Below, piece after piece: positions 1 to 8,304 of a DNA stretch of 30,647 bases. Source of the DNA: a virus; IMG/VR virus record IMGVR_UViG_3300029675_000035, one strand, 5' to 3'. Made by a program: the position numbers and the translations under genes. Each line of letters starts with the position of its first letter. Positions within the stretch are counted from its first letter, which is position 1. The notes beneath the pieces were generated by a model. The model ran no database searches, was not told the DNA's origin, and worked only from the letters and a program-made list of their open reading frames with translations.

Positions 1-99
1 CCCGCCACCGTTACAACACGATGACGGGCCTCCTAGTCAACACAATGGCAAATAAAGGAGCCAATACTCATAATACCATATTCAAAGGAGCAGAAATGA
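1..99. repeat. Terminal direct repeat, copy 1 (identical to 30549-30647); circular-assembly overlap
   Basis: By base-by-base comparison, cccgccaccgtt...gcagaaatga is the same at both window ends. The repeat cuts through the major-tail / chaperone intergenic region and the chaperone start codon. Confidence 0.95.
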
Positions 100-446
100 C
101 CACACCAATCCTGAACATCGACACTCGCAAGGCTTTCCGCGAGCTCACCGTCAAAATCGACGGCACCACCTACACCATGCGTCCCCTCGGTTCGAAAGAC
201 ATGCTCACCATCCTCGACAATGCCGAAGCACTCGACAAACTCGCTACCGGCCGAATGACAAAAGACACGCTCACTATCGCGGAAGACATCATCTTCCCCC
301 TCGTCGCCAGCCTCATGAGCCCAAACAACGCTTTCCAGGAATGGGCAACCCAAACCAAACAGCGTAGCGACCTCGCCTACCTACAGGCAATGACCACTCT
401 CTGCAAACTCATGGCTGAAAACCTCACCCTCGACATCAAAGGCTGA
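96..446 (+). CDS. Tail assembly chaperone (gpG-like upstream ORF)
   Basis: ATG at 96 lies 5 nt after AAGGAG (85-90). The track ORF from 21 is an N-terminal over-extension. The 116-aa acidic protein sits between the major tail gene and the tape measure, the canonical chaperone position. Confidence 0.7.
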   Translation: MTTPILNIDTRKAFRELTVKIDGTTYTMRPLGSKDMLTILDNAEALDKLATGRMTKDTLTIAEDIIFPLVASLMSPNNAFQEWATQTKQRSDLAYLQAMTTLCKLMAENLTLDIKG

Positions 447-454
447 CATATAAA

Positions 455-784
455 ATGCGTTCATGGGATAGTCTTCTCACCCCCGCTGAAAAACAGCGGA
501 TGCAAACATACACGCAAAAGGAAGCAAAACAACACTCCACTCCAAGTATTCGCATTCTCGCCGAACTCGGCAGCCTATACGGGTGGGAAGCTATCCATGA
601 CGCATTGGAAAACAAGCTAACCCCAAGCCTGATGCTCGCCCTAATCAAAGAAGGCCGCCACCTGCATCAAATCCGGTTAGCCGAACAATACCGGTTGACC
701 TTCGAATGCTTGACCGCAGCATTCACCAAACACGGAGACCAGAAAATCAGCCGCATCATAACCGAGCTCGGAAAGGAACAGTAA
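455..784 (+). CDS. Tail assembly chaperone, downstream ORF (gpT-like) in the -1 frame relative to 96..446
   Basis: The frame is -1 relative to the upstream ORF and is open from 419. There is no convincing RBS before ATG 455. The stop TAA abuts the tape-measure ATG (taaATG at 782-787). This is the classic G/GT arrangement. Confidence 0.6.
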   Translation: MRSWDSLLTPAEKQRMQTYTQKEAKQHSTPSIRILAELGSLYGWEAIHDALENKLTPSLMLALIKEGRHLHQIRLAEQYRLTFECLTAAFTKHGDQKISRIITELGKEQ

Positions 785-2836
785 ATGGCTGACTCCACAC
801 TCACCCTCGACGCGGAAATTAACACCAGTGATTGGGAAGCCGGTGTTAAAACCATTCAAAACGGTAGTCGACAGATAGAACAATCCGCACGCCAAGCCGG
901 CGAGGGTATGGACCAGATCGACAAGTCATCCACCAAGGCTTCCGGTGGAACCGGTAAATTCGCTGCTATCGCGGGAGCAATGGGAGGCTTGGTATCCACT
1001 GGTGTCAGTATGGCCGTGGACGCTATCTCGAATCTTAGCGGTGATATTGTCGAGGCTTCTGATTCGGCTCAGAAATTCGCGAGTACACTATCTTTCGCTG
1101 GCTTGGACACGAGCACTATCGACCAGTTGACCGCTTCGACGCAGAAGTATGCGGACCAGACCGTGTATGACCTGTCCGATATTCGTAACACGACCGCCCA
1201 GTTGGCTGCGAACGGTGTCGATAATTATGCGAATCTAGCGGAAGCTGCCGGTAACCTTAACGCTGTTGCTGGCGGTAACGCGGACACGTTCCGGTCGGTT
1301 GGCATGGTATTGACCCAGACGGCTGGTGCTGGCAAGCTCACGACCGAGAATTGGAACCAGTTGGCTGATGCTATTCCTGGCGCGTCAGGCAAACTCCAGG
1401 AAGCCATGAAGAAGAACGGCGCGTACACGGGTGATTTTCGTGATGCGATGGCCAAGGGTGAAATATCAGCCGAAGAATTCAATAAGGCTGTCATGGATTT
1501 GGGTATGACCGATGCTGCGAAGGAGGCAGCGACCAGTACCAGCACTATCGAGGGTGCTATGGGTAATCTGGAAGCGTCCGTCGTGAACGTGGGCGTGCAA
1601 CTCCTGGACTCGTTCAAAGGCCCGTTGACTGAAGCCATGAGCAGTCTCGCTGATGGTATTGGCGGTCTGCCTGCCATGTTCAAGGGTCTCGTATCGTCGG
1701 CTGGTCCGGCTTTACAGCAGATCGGTAGCGTGTTCCAGTCGTCGTTCGCTCCGGTGGGTCGGATCGTGTCCGGTCAACTGTTGCCCGCTTTGCAGCCGTT
1801 CATGCAAGCCTGTCAGAATCTGGGTAGGGCGATCATGCCTGTCTTGAATGCTGCGTTCCAGGCTTTCACGCCGGTATTGGGTTCACTGGTCGCGAAACTC
1901 ATGGAGGTCGGCGGGACGATCATGAGCACGGTCACGCCGGTCATTAATAACATGGCCATGGTGTTTCAAACTGTGCTGCCTACCATTCAGGCTGCGTTTA
2001 CGACGGTCGCGGCAACCATTCAAGGTGTCATCGATGCGGTGTTTCCTTATATTCAGACGGTGATCACGACGGTCATGAACGTTATCAACGCCATTATCAC
2101 CACGGTCCTGGCGGCCGTGCAAGGCGATTGGGATGGCGTATGGGCTGGTATCGGCAATATCGTCACGACGGTATGGAATGGGATTAAAGCCAACGTGTCA
2201 GCTGGCATTAACGCTGTTTCAGGCGTGGTTAGTTCGGTCATGGGTTCTATCAGCGCATATTGGAGTGGTGTATGGGATACGGTCAAGGGTCTTGTAAGCA
2301 GTGCTTGGAATGGTATTACCAGTGTCGTGTCGAATGGTGTCAACAGTGTCATGAACACTGTGAGAGGCATCGGGGGGAAGATCAAGGGCGCGTTCTCGGG
2401 AGCTGGCGGTTGGCTTCTCTCAGCCGGTAAGAACATCATCATGGGTTTGGTTAACGGTATCAAGAACGCTATCGGCGAGGCTGTGAACGCGGCCAAGAGT
2501 GCGGCTTCCAATGTCGTGAACGCGGCTAAAAGCGCGTTGGGTATTCATTCCCCGTCTCGAGTGTTCCGTGACGAGGTGGGTAAGATGATCCCCGCCGGTT
2601 TGGGCAAGGGCGTGGAAGCGAACATGGGTCTGGCTGTGAATCCTGTCCAACGTATGGTCGCTGATATCATGCCGAATAGTCTGTTGAACGGGTCGGCGAG
2701 TCTTCCTGTCCCGTCCCCGGTTTTGACGGGCACGAATAGTGGGCCTCGAGTATCGGCTCCGATCACGGTGAACGCGTCGGATCCGATGGCAGCTGCTCGT
2801 GAAACGGTACGCATGATTAATTTCGCTTACGTGTAA
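785..2836 (+). CDS. Tail tape measure protein
   Basis: 683 aa, Ala/Gly/Val/Ser-rich and helical with repetitive hydrophobic segments (VxxVxxxI repeats). Position is after the chaperones. Confidence 0.9.
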   Translation: MADSTLTLDAEINTSDWEAGVKTIQNGSRQIEQSARQAGEGMDQIDKSSTKASGGTGKFAAIAGAMGGLVSTGVSMAVDAISNLSGDIVEASDSAQKFASTLSFAGLDTSTIDQLTASTQKYADQTVYDLSDIRNTTAQLAANGVDNYANLAEAAGNLNAVAGGNADTFRSVGMVLTQTAGAGKLTTENWNQLADAIPGASGKLQEAMKKNGAYTGDFRDAMAKGEISAEEFNKAVMDLGMTDAAKEAATSTSTIEGAMGNLEASVVNVGVQLLDSFKGPLTEAMSSLADGIGGLPAMFKGLVSSAGPALQQIGSVFQSSFAPVGRIVSGQLLPALQPFMQACQNLGRAIMPVLNAAFQAFTPVLGSLVAKLMEVGGTIMSTVTPVINNMAMVFQTVLPTIQAAFTTVAATIQGVIDAVFPYIQTVITTVMNVINAIITTVLAAVQGDWDGVWAGIGNIVTTVWNGIKANVSAGINAVSGVVSSVMGSISAYWSGVWDTVKGLVSSAWNGITSVVSNGVNSVMNTVRGIGGKIKGAFSGAGGWLLSAGKNIIMGLVNGIKNAIGEAVNAAKSAASNVVNAAKSALGIHSPSRVFRDEVGKMIPAGLGKGVEANMGLAVNPVQRMVADIMPNSLLNGSASLPVPSPVLTGTNSGPRVSAPITVNASDPMAAARETVRMINFAYV

Positions 2837-2854
2837 AGGAGCTAGTCTAGTCTT

Positions 2855-3745
2855 ATGAGCTTTTTCCCGATTGATCCTCGTGATATCCGGTTGACGTTGA
2901 ACGGTTTTCCTCTTTATGGGGTGGATGATAACGGTTGTGAATGGCATGTGACGTTTCAGGACGTGTCTGGCTTGTTCGATGGTGTTTCTTCAACGTTGCA
3001 AACCGAACACAAGGTCATGTCTGACGGCTGGTATGGCAACCTACCTCGACTGCAGGGCCGTAACATCACGATAGAGGGTCATATCATCGGCCGTTGTACG
3101 GAATCATGTATCACTGCGTGGAATGCGTTCAAAAGCGTTTTGGACACTGACGGAATGCTGTTGATCGTACGATTGGGTGATATCGGCCGTCAGGTACGGG
3201 TATGGCAGTCGGCGTCAGCCCCGTTGGTCAAATGGACTGGGGTGAATATTCTCCATTTCAGTCTTGGATTGACGGCTTTGAGCCCGTACTTGTATGGGTT
3301 GGATTCGGTGTCTGGTGTTTCTGGACTGCCGAGTTCATCTGGGGGCATGTCGTTCCCCTACCATTTTGAGGAGGCTGGTGTTTCCTTGTCGTCTTGGGTG
3401 TGGAGCGAGAAAATCGTGTCCGGTAACGTGGCATTATCGAATGTTGGTACGGCTCCTAGCCCGGTGATGATCCGTATCGACGGTCCTGTCGTGGACCCGC
3501 AGGTATCGCATGTTGGGAGCGGTCATGTCATGGCTTTTAACATGAGTTTGGGTAGTGGCCATTACGCGACCATTAACGGTGTGACGCATGAGATCCTGGT
3601 TGATGGTACTGATCCTGCGCGTGGTCGTGTCGTCCGTCGTGAGTGGAGCCAGGCGGAACCCGGTAAGAATGTTTGGGGTTTCAATGCTGGTGAATATTCG
3701 ACTGAGGCTCGGATGACGGTTTCGTTTTATCCGGCTTACTTGTAA
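2855..3745 (+). CDS. Distal tail protein (Dit-like)
   Basis: 296 aa, immediately after the tape measure. The assignment rests on siphovirus tail-module synteny. Confidence 0.7.
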   Translation: MSFFPIDPRDIRLTLNGFPLYGVDDNGCEWHVTFQDVSGLFDGVSSTLQTEHKVMSDGWYGNLPRLQGRNITIEGHIIGRCTESCITAWNAFKSVLDTDGMLLIVRLGDIGRQVRVWQSASAPLVKWTGVNILHFSLGLTALSPYLYGLDSVSGVSGLPSSSGGMSFPYHFEEAGVSLSSWVWSEKIVSGNVALSNVGTAPSPVMIRIDGPVVDPQVSHVGSGHVMAFNMSLGSGHYATINGVTHEILVDGTDPARGRVVRREWSQAEPGKNVWGFNAGEYSTEARMTVSFYPAYL

Positions 3746-3757
3746 GGGAGGAATGTC

Positions 3758-4864
3758 ATGGGTTCGATTGATGTTTGGGATGGGGTTTCTGTTTTCGGTC
3801 GTGGTCGTGTTGTGTGGGATACTGCAGGTTTTCAGTTCCTTGCCGTGTCTTTGTCTAGCGGGACCGTGTTGGTTGAGTTTCCGGACTTGCAGGTCTCCAA
3901 GCTTTCGTATCGTTTCGAGGAGAAGACGAGTGAGACGATGGTGATTCCGTGGCGTAATATTCCGTCCAATTGGGGTGAGGCCACGGCCCCGTATGGGGTG
4001 GCGATCCTTTTGGTTTATGGTTCGACGGTATTGTGGGGTGGTATCGTCGTCAAACGCGAACGTACTTTGCAGGGGAGCGGGTTATCTCTCACTGTGGTGA
4101 CCGTGGAACATTATTTGGATAGCGTGTATGTGAAGGATCATGTGTATTCGAATCGGGATCAGTGTGAGATTGTGGAGGATCTTGTGTCGACTACGCTTGA
4201 GGGTCACCGGTTCATGCTTTCGGTGGAGGCGTCTCCTAGTTCCGTTCGCCGTGATAGGACGTATGAGGAGTCTTCTGACAAGACGTTGTTGAGTGTTCTT
4301 CAGGAGCTTTCGAACGTGCAGGATGGGCCGGAATGGTGTACGTCATGGAGGGCTGTTGATGGCGGGTATCTGCCGGTTTTGACGGTTGCGGATAGGATAG
4401 GTTCCGTTACGCCGGTTACGACGTTTGATGAGAGCGTGATGACGTCCTTCGATATCGTGGAAGATTATACGAGTGGTTATGGTGCGAACATGGTGTGGGC
4501 GGTCGGGAATACGACCGGTGAAACCCAATTGCGGTCCGATAGGATGGTGGCTGAACAGTCTTACCGTCCTGTCGTGGAACATGTGGTTCGACCGTCGTCG
4601 AGCATTACGCAGAAGGAGACTTTGAATGCTCATGCTTCGGCTTCGTTACGGCAGTTGCGGGATGGTACGAATACTATGAGCATGACGTTGAGCCTGTTGA
4701 CTGCTCCTATCGTTTACGAGGAGTGGAAGCCTGGGGATGTCGTCGCATGGACTGTCGCCGATGATGATGGTCGTTTCGCGGGGTTTGATCATGGCGAGGC
4801 GCGTGTAGTCGGGTATGACATTGATTTTAGTGGCGTGTGGACTATTACGCCTGTATTGCAGTAG
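3758..4864 (+). CDS. Tail-associated protein (Tal / prophage-tail N-terminal-domain-like)
   Basis: GGGAGG at 3746-3751 lies 6 nt before the ATG. The 368-aa protein follows Dit. The call is synteny-based. Confidence 0.65.
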   Translation: MGSIDVWDGVSVFGRGRVVWDTAGFQFLAVSLSSGTVLVEFPDLQVSKLSYRFEEKTSETMVIPWRNIPSNWGEATAPYGVAILLVYGSTVLWGGIVVKRERTLQGSGLSLTVVTVEHYLDSVYVKDHVYSNRDQCEIVEDLVSTTLEGHRFMLSVEASPSSVRRDRTYEESSDKTLLSVLQELSNVQDGPEWCTSWRAVDGGYLPVLTVADRIGSVTPVTTFDESVMTSFDIVEDYTSGYGANMVWAVGNTTGETQLRSDRMVAEQSYRPVVEHVVRPSSSITQKETLNAHASASLRQLRDGTNTMSMTLSLLTAPIVYEEWKPGDVVAWTVADDDGRFAGFDHGEARVVGYDIDFSGVWTITPVLQ

Positions 4865-4873
4865 GAGGTTCCA

Positions 4874-5545
4874 GTGCAAAGCAAGTTCAGGTTTTCTCTC
4901 GATGGGTCGGATGCTACCGCCCGTCAGTTCGCGGAGGTTCGACGTCAGTTGGTGGAACTGCCAGCTAGTGTCGGTAAGAGTGTCAGTCGATTGGGTGAAC
5001 GTGTTTCTGATGTCGAGAAGGATTTTGAATCGTTGACCACTACGCAGAATCAGGCTGATGCTGGCGGGGCGAATGCGGTGGTGGTGCCTACTCACGGTGG
5101 TACCGGTGTTCGGAACGCGTTTGATAGGCCGCTTTCGTTGAATCCTCGAAAAACGGTTTATTGTCTTTATGATGGTACGTTGGGGTCTGACTGTTCGACT
5201 GTGCATTCGGTGGCGAATGTCGGTGATGCTGACGGGTTCATTCCTGTTGATGCTATCCGTCAGGTGAAGTGGAAGGTGTATTCTCTGAGGGATGATTTGA
5301 ATCTGAGGCTTGATGACGCGCAGCCGGTCGTCGGTTTGATAGCTGAAGAGTTGGATGATGCCGGGCTTGGTTTTTTCTGCGAGTATGATGCCGGGGGGAA
5401 TCCGACCGGGGTTGATTATTCGAAGTTGAGTGTGGCTGCTTTACGTTTGGCTCAGCAGGCTATGGATGAGGTGGACGGGCTTAGGGATGAGGTTGCTCGA
5501 CTATCTTCTGTGGTAGGTAAAATGGGTGTGTCCACGTCTGAATGA
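4874..5545 (+). CDS. Tail fibre protein with C-terminal intramolecular-chaperone (peptidase S74-like) domain
   Basis: GTG start follows AGGAGG (4863-4868). The C-terminus ...VVGLIAEELDDAGLGFF...GVDYSKLSVAALRLAQQAMDEVDGLRDEV resembles the autoproteolytic chaperone domain of phage fibres and endosialidases. Confidence 0.65.
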   Translation: MQSKFRFSLDGSDATARQFAEVRRQLVELPASVGKSVSRLGERVSDVEKDFESLTTTQNQADAGGANAVVVPTHGGTGVRNAFDRPLSLNPRKTVYCLYDGTLGSDCSTVHSVANVGDADGFIPVDAIRQVKWKVYSLRDDLNLRLDDAQPVVGLIAEELDDAGLGFFCEYDAGGNPTGVDYSKLSVAALRLAQQAMDEVDGLRDEVARLSSVVGKMGVSTSE

Positions 5546-5565
5546 TTGATTGTGAGGAATGACTT

Positions 5566-6471
5566 ATGGCGGGTATCGTTTTACATCCTTTGACTGCTTT
5601 GAACGGGTTGCCGACTTATACGGCTGATGATTATCGGCATGTTGTCAATCCGTTCTTGTTCCCGTCTGATGGTTCTGCTTTCGGTGGCGTTCAGGGTGTT
5701 CGGTATGGCAGTCCTAGCCCGTTGGCGACGATTGAGGGGTTAACTGTCACCGTTAAGCCTCATTGCGGTACCGTGAGACCGTGGAATGAGACTGGCTCGT
5801 ACACTTATGAGATTATGGAACCTATGACGGTGAACGTGGCTGATTCGACGGGTGATTATAAGATCGTGGTCGCCGTTTATGATCCGAGTTTGTCTCATGG
5901 TGAGACTCCTGGCGCGTGGTTGCAGTCGTGGGATGCCAGTGTTCCCGACGCGCAGATCAATGGTTTGGTCATTGCTAGGGTTACGGCCGGTGTCGTGTCT
6001 GACGTGGCTCCGAAGATCCATGTTGATGGCACGATTGAGGTGGCTACTTGGAATCAGTTGATCGCGATTTGGACCGTTGACGGGGTTGAGGCCGTTACTT
6101 CGAATAATGGCCAGCGGTATCGTCGTGTCAATGATGCTTGGGTGTCGTTGACTGATATCCAGTTGACTCCGGGCCAGTGGGCGAAGGATTGGGATGTCTG
6201 GTATAAGTGTTCGATGTCTGGTAATATCGTCAGTCTTATGGTTAAGGTGACGAGGGGGCCTGAATGGAAGGCGACCGCGTGGTCAAGGAGTCAGATTTTG
6301 ACGTTCCCGGATTATGTGAAGCCGAATGTTACTGATTTTAATGTTCCGGCGGCTGGTGTCGCGAATAGTGGTTTTCAGTTGGATGAGTCTGGGTTGTATG
6401 TGAGGCCTTTTGCGGATATCGTGTATACGAATGGTGCGTGGACTTCGGCGAATTTGTCGTGGTCGGTTTGA
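5566..6471 (+). CDS. Minor tail / putative receptor-binding protein
   Basis: 301-aa ORF, the last gene of the tail module, followed by a strong terminator. I recognise no motif. Confidence 0.5.
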   Translation: MAGIVLHPLTALNGLPTYTADDYRHVVNPFLFPSDGSAFGGVQGVRYGSPSPLATIEGLTVTVKPHCGTVRPWNETGSYTYEIMEPMTVNVADSTGDYKIVVAVYDPSLSHGETPGAWLQSWDASVPDAQINGLVIARVTAGVVSDVAPKIHVDGTIEVATWNQLIAIWTVDGVEAVTSNNGQRYRRVNDAWVSLTDIQLTPGQWAKDWDVWYKCSMSGNIVSLMVKVTRGPEWKATAWSRSQILTFPDYVKPNVTDFNVPAAGVANSGFQLDESGLYVRPFADIVYTNGAWTSANLSWSV

Positions 6472-6481
6472 TGTATGGAGA

Positions 6482-6511
6482 AAAACCCCAGCTGTTTGGC
6501 TGGGGTTTTTC
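6482..6511. terminator. Bidirectional intrinsic terminator
   Basis: AAAAA-CCCCAGC-tgtttg-GCTGGGG-TTTTT. It sits between the convergent genes 5566..6471(+) and 6525..6869(-). Confidence 0.85.
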
Positions 6512-6524
6512 GTATGGTGTTTGG

Positions 6525-6869
6525 TTAGAGGGGGTAGATGCGGTTGCGGAGTTCGTCGGGGAGGCTTGGTTTGGGGTGGCGTGTGAGGAATTCGTCGTCG
6601 ATGACTTCGCAGAATTGGGCGAGCCAGTGGCCTAGTGAGCGGATGTAGCCTGTTTCGAGGTCGCTGACGTGTTGGAGTTTGTCTCGGGTTTGGATGAGTT
6701 TGTTGATTTTTTCGTCTTGGGCGTCTATTTGTTTTTTGAGTTCGCCTTGGGCTTCGACGAGGTGTTGGTAGGCGGTGGTGAGGTTGTTGCGTCGTGTGCT
6801 TGCCCATGTGATGGTGCCGCCTACTGCGATGCCTATGAGTCCGATGAGTGGGGATATTAGTTCGTTCAT
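6525..6869 (-). CDS. Membrane-anchored coiled-coil protein, antisense 'moron' inside the late operon
   Basis: 114 aa. N-terminal TM helix (LISPLIGLIGIAVGGTITWAS), then a heptad-like charged segment (QGELKKQIDAQDEKINKLIQTRDKLQ). It is the only leftward gene between 1 and 8229 and has its own terminator. Codon third positions follow the local strand bias. Confidence 0.7.
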   Translation of the reverse strand: MNELISPLIGLIGIAVGGTITWASTRRNNLTTAYQHLVEAQGELKKQIDAQDEKINKLIQTRDKLQHVSDLETGYIRSLGHWLAQFCEVIDDEFLTRHPKPSLPDELRNRIYPL

Positions 6870-6910
6870 GTGACTAAGTTTATCGTAGACTGTTTTGGTA
6901 TGCTGGTGGT

Positions 6911-7060
6911 ATGCGTCGGGAATTTATCGAGAACATTCTGCTGATTCTCTTGTCGTCGTTTCTTATTGGCGTCATGGTGGTGGCTGGATATCTGATTGTT
7001 ACTGGGATTCCGGCTTTTGCTCGGTTTCTTTTTACTGTTTGGTATGTTTTGATTGTCTGA
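6911..7060 (+). CDS. Small two-TM membrane protein (49 aa), candidate holin/antiholin; not in the ORF track
   Basis: Hand translation: MRREFIENILLILLSSFLIGVMVVAGYLIVTGIPAFARFLFTVWYVLIV*. The stop TGA (7058-7060) lies just before the endolysin RBS AAGGAG. Third codon positions are almost all T/G, as in neighbouring real genes. The RBS is weak. Confidence 0.5.
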   Translation: MRREFIENILLILLSSFLIGVMVVAGYLIVTGIPAFARFLFTVWYVLIV

Positions 7061-7071
7061 AAGGAGACAAT

Positions 7072-7914
7072 ATGTCATATGAATATATTACGAAGTATGA
7101 TAGTCCGAATTATACGAGTGGTCGCCCGTATGGGATCAAGTATATTGTGGTCCACTGGTGGGGTGACCCGAATACGCATCCGACGTTCGAGGGTGTGATC
7201 AATACCCTGTGTAGTAAGGCTCGTGGAGCTTCCGCGCATTACGTGGTTGAGGCTGGCCGTGTGGCTTGTATCGTGGATCCGGATGATCGTGCTTGGCATG
7301 CCGGAGATGGCGTGGGCGTTCGTTCCAAGGGCAATGACATGGGCATTGGTATTGAATGCAATCCTCGCCAGTCGGATGAGGATTATTTGACTGTCGCCCA
7401 GCTGGTCCGTGATTTGCGTGCTGAGTATGGTGATCTGCCGTTGATTCGTCACTGTGATTGTTATAACACGCAGTGTCCGGGTACGTATGATCTGGATCGT
7501 TTGGATCGTCTGTCTCGTGGTTTGGCTGCTCCGTCGAATCCGGTGCCTACTCAGCCGGCTACGCAGTCAGTGACCAGGCTTGAAGTGGATGGGTCTTGGG
7601 GTCCTTTGACGATGCGGCGGGCTCAGGAGGTTGCTGGTACGGCTGTGGATGGTGTCATGTCCGGTCAGGTCCGTTGTTTGGAGAATCAGAATATCGCCTG
7701 TTTGGAGGAGGGTACTTCTGGTAGTGATTGGGTTGAGTGGATGTCGCATCGGTTCGGCATTACGGATCGTCCGCGTAATGCTGGTCCGGAGTTCATTTGC
7801 CGGTTCCTGCAGGAGATGAACGGTTTCCTGGGTGACGGTATGATTGGTCCTGCACCGAGTATGGCCGTGAAGGAGTTCCAGAAGCGGCTTAATGATGGTC
7901 GTATTTTCAACTGA
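7072..7914 (+). CDS. Endolysin: N-acetylmuramoyl-L-alanine amidase (Amidase_2/PGRP) with C-terminal PG-binding-like repeats
   Basis: ATG at 7072 follows AAGGAG (7062-7067). Motifs: VVHWWG, AHYVV, RAWHAGDG...NDMGIGIECN. The C-terminus has VDGSWGP...GTAVDGVMSG and GDGMIGP...FQKRL repeats. The track ORF from 6895 is over-extended. Confidence 0.9.
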   Translation: MSYEYITKYDSPNYTSGRPYGIKYIVVHWWGDPNTHPTFEGVINTLCSKARGASAHYVVEAGRVACIVDPDDRAWHAGDGVGVRSKGNDMGIGIECNPRQSDEDYLTVAQLVRDLRAEYGDLPLIRHCDCYNTQCPGTYDLDRLDRLSRGLAAPSNPVPTQPATQSVTRLEVDGSWGPLTMRRAQEVAGTAVDGVMSGQVRCLENQNIACLEEGTSGSDWVEWMSHRFGITDRPRNAGPEFICRFLQEMNGFLGDGMIGPAPSMAVKEFQKRLNDGRIFN

Positions 7915-7929
7915 TTGAAAGGATTGTTT

Positions 7930-8229
7930 ATGGCTAAGCATGTGATGTTGGCTGATGATGAGTTGACTGGTGAGCCGACGGCTGATACCGCTATTACGAA
8001 TGAGTGTTCGGATGGTTCGGATAATTATGTGCCTATGTTCGATGCTGATACTCGCCGTTGGGCGTATCTGGTGTCTGGGCTGGTGGGTATTGCCGGTGCT
8101 GTCGCGAGCTTGGTGAGTGCCGTGCCTGGTGTCCCGTCGTGGGTTGCTGTGGTTGGTGGTGCTTGTGCGCTGGTTGGCTCCGGTGTGGCTGGCTTGTTTG
8201 GCGTGCATTATGCGGGTGTGAACCGCTAG
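7930..8229 (+). CDS. Holin-like membrane protein
   Basis: ATG at 7930 follows AAAGGA. The 99-aa protein has two adjacent TM helices (WAYLVSGLVGIAGAVASLVSAV / WVAVVGGACALVGSGVAGLFGV) and lies directly after the endolysin. Confidence 0.75.
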   Translation: MAKHVMLADDELTGEPTADTAITNECSDGSDNYVPMFDADTRRWAYLVSGLVGIAGAVASLVSAVPGVPSWVAVVGGACALVGSGVAGLFGVHYAGVNR

Positions 8230-8249
8230 TCTGCTTCTGTTATAAGAAT

Positions 8250-8300
8250 GCCCCGTGTTCGGCTTGTTTGGCCGGCTACGGGGCGTTTCTGTTTGTTTTT
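8250..8300 (+). terminator. Intrinsic terminator ending the late operon
   Basis: GCCCCGT(8250-8256)...ACGGGGC(8278-8284) with an inner CGGC/GCCG extension, followed by a T-rich tract gtttctgtttgttttt. Confidence 0.8.
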
Positions 8301-8304
8301 GGGG

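Noticed and set aside
21-95. N-terminal extensions in the ORF track: 21..446, 6895..7914, 7915.., 9913..10938, 13520..13882, 14904..15758, 20012.., 21710.., 25586.., 27860.., 28766.., 9007..9618, 12226..12699 and 12399..13019.
   Set aside because: In each case an internal ATG with a good RBS or translational coupling gives a protein-like N-terminus. The extension is low-complexity or runs through a terminator, promoter or upstream gene.
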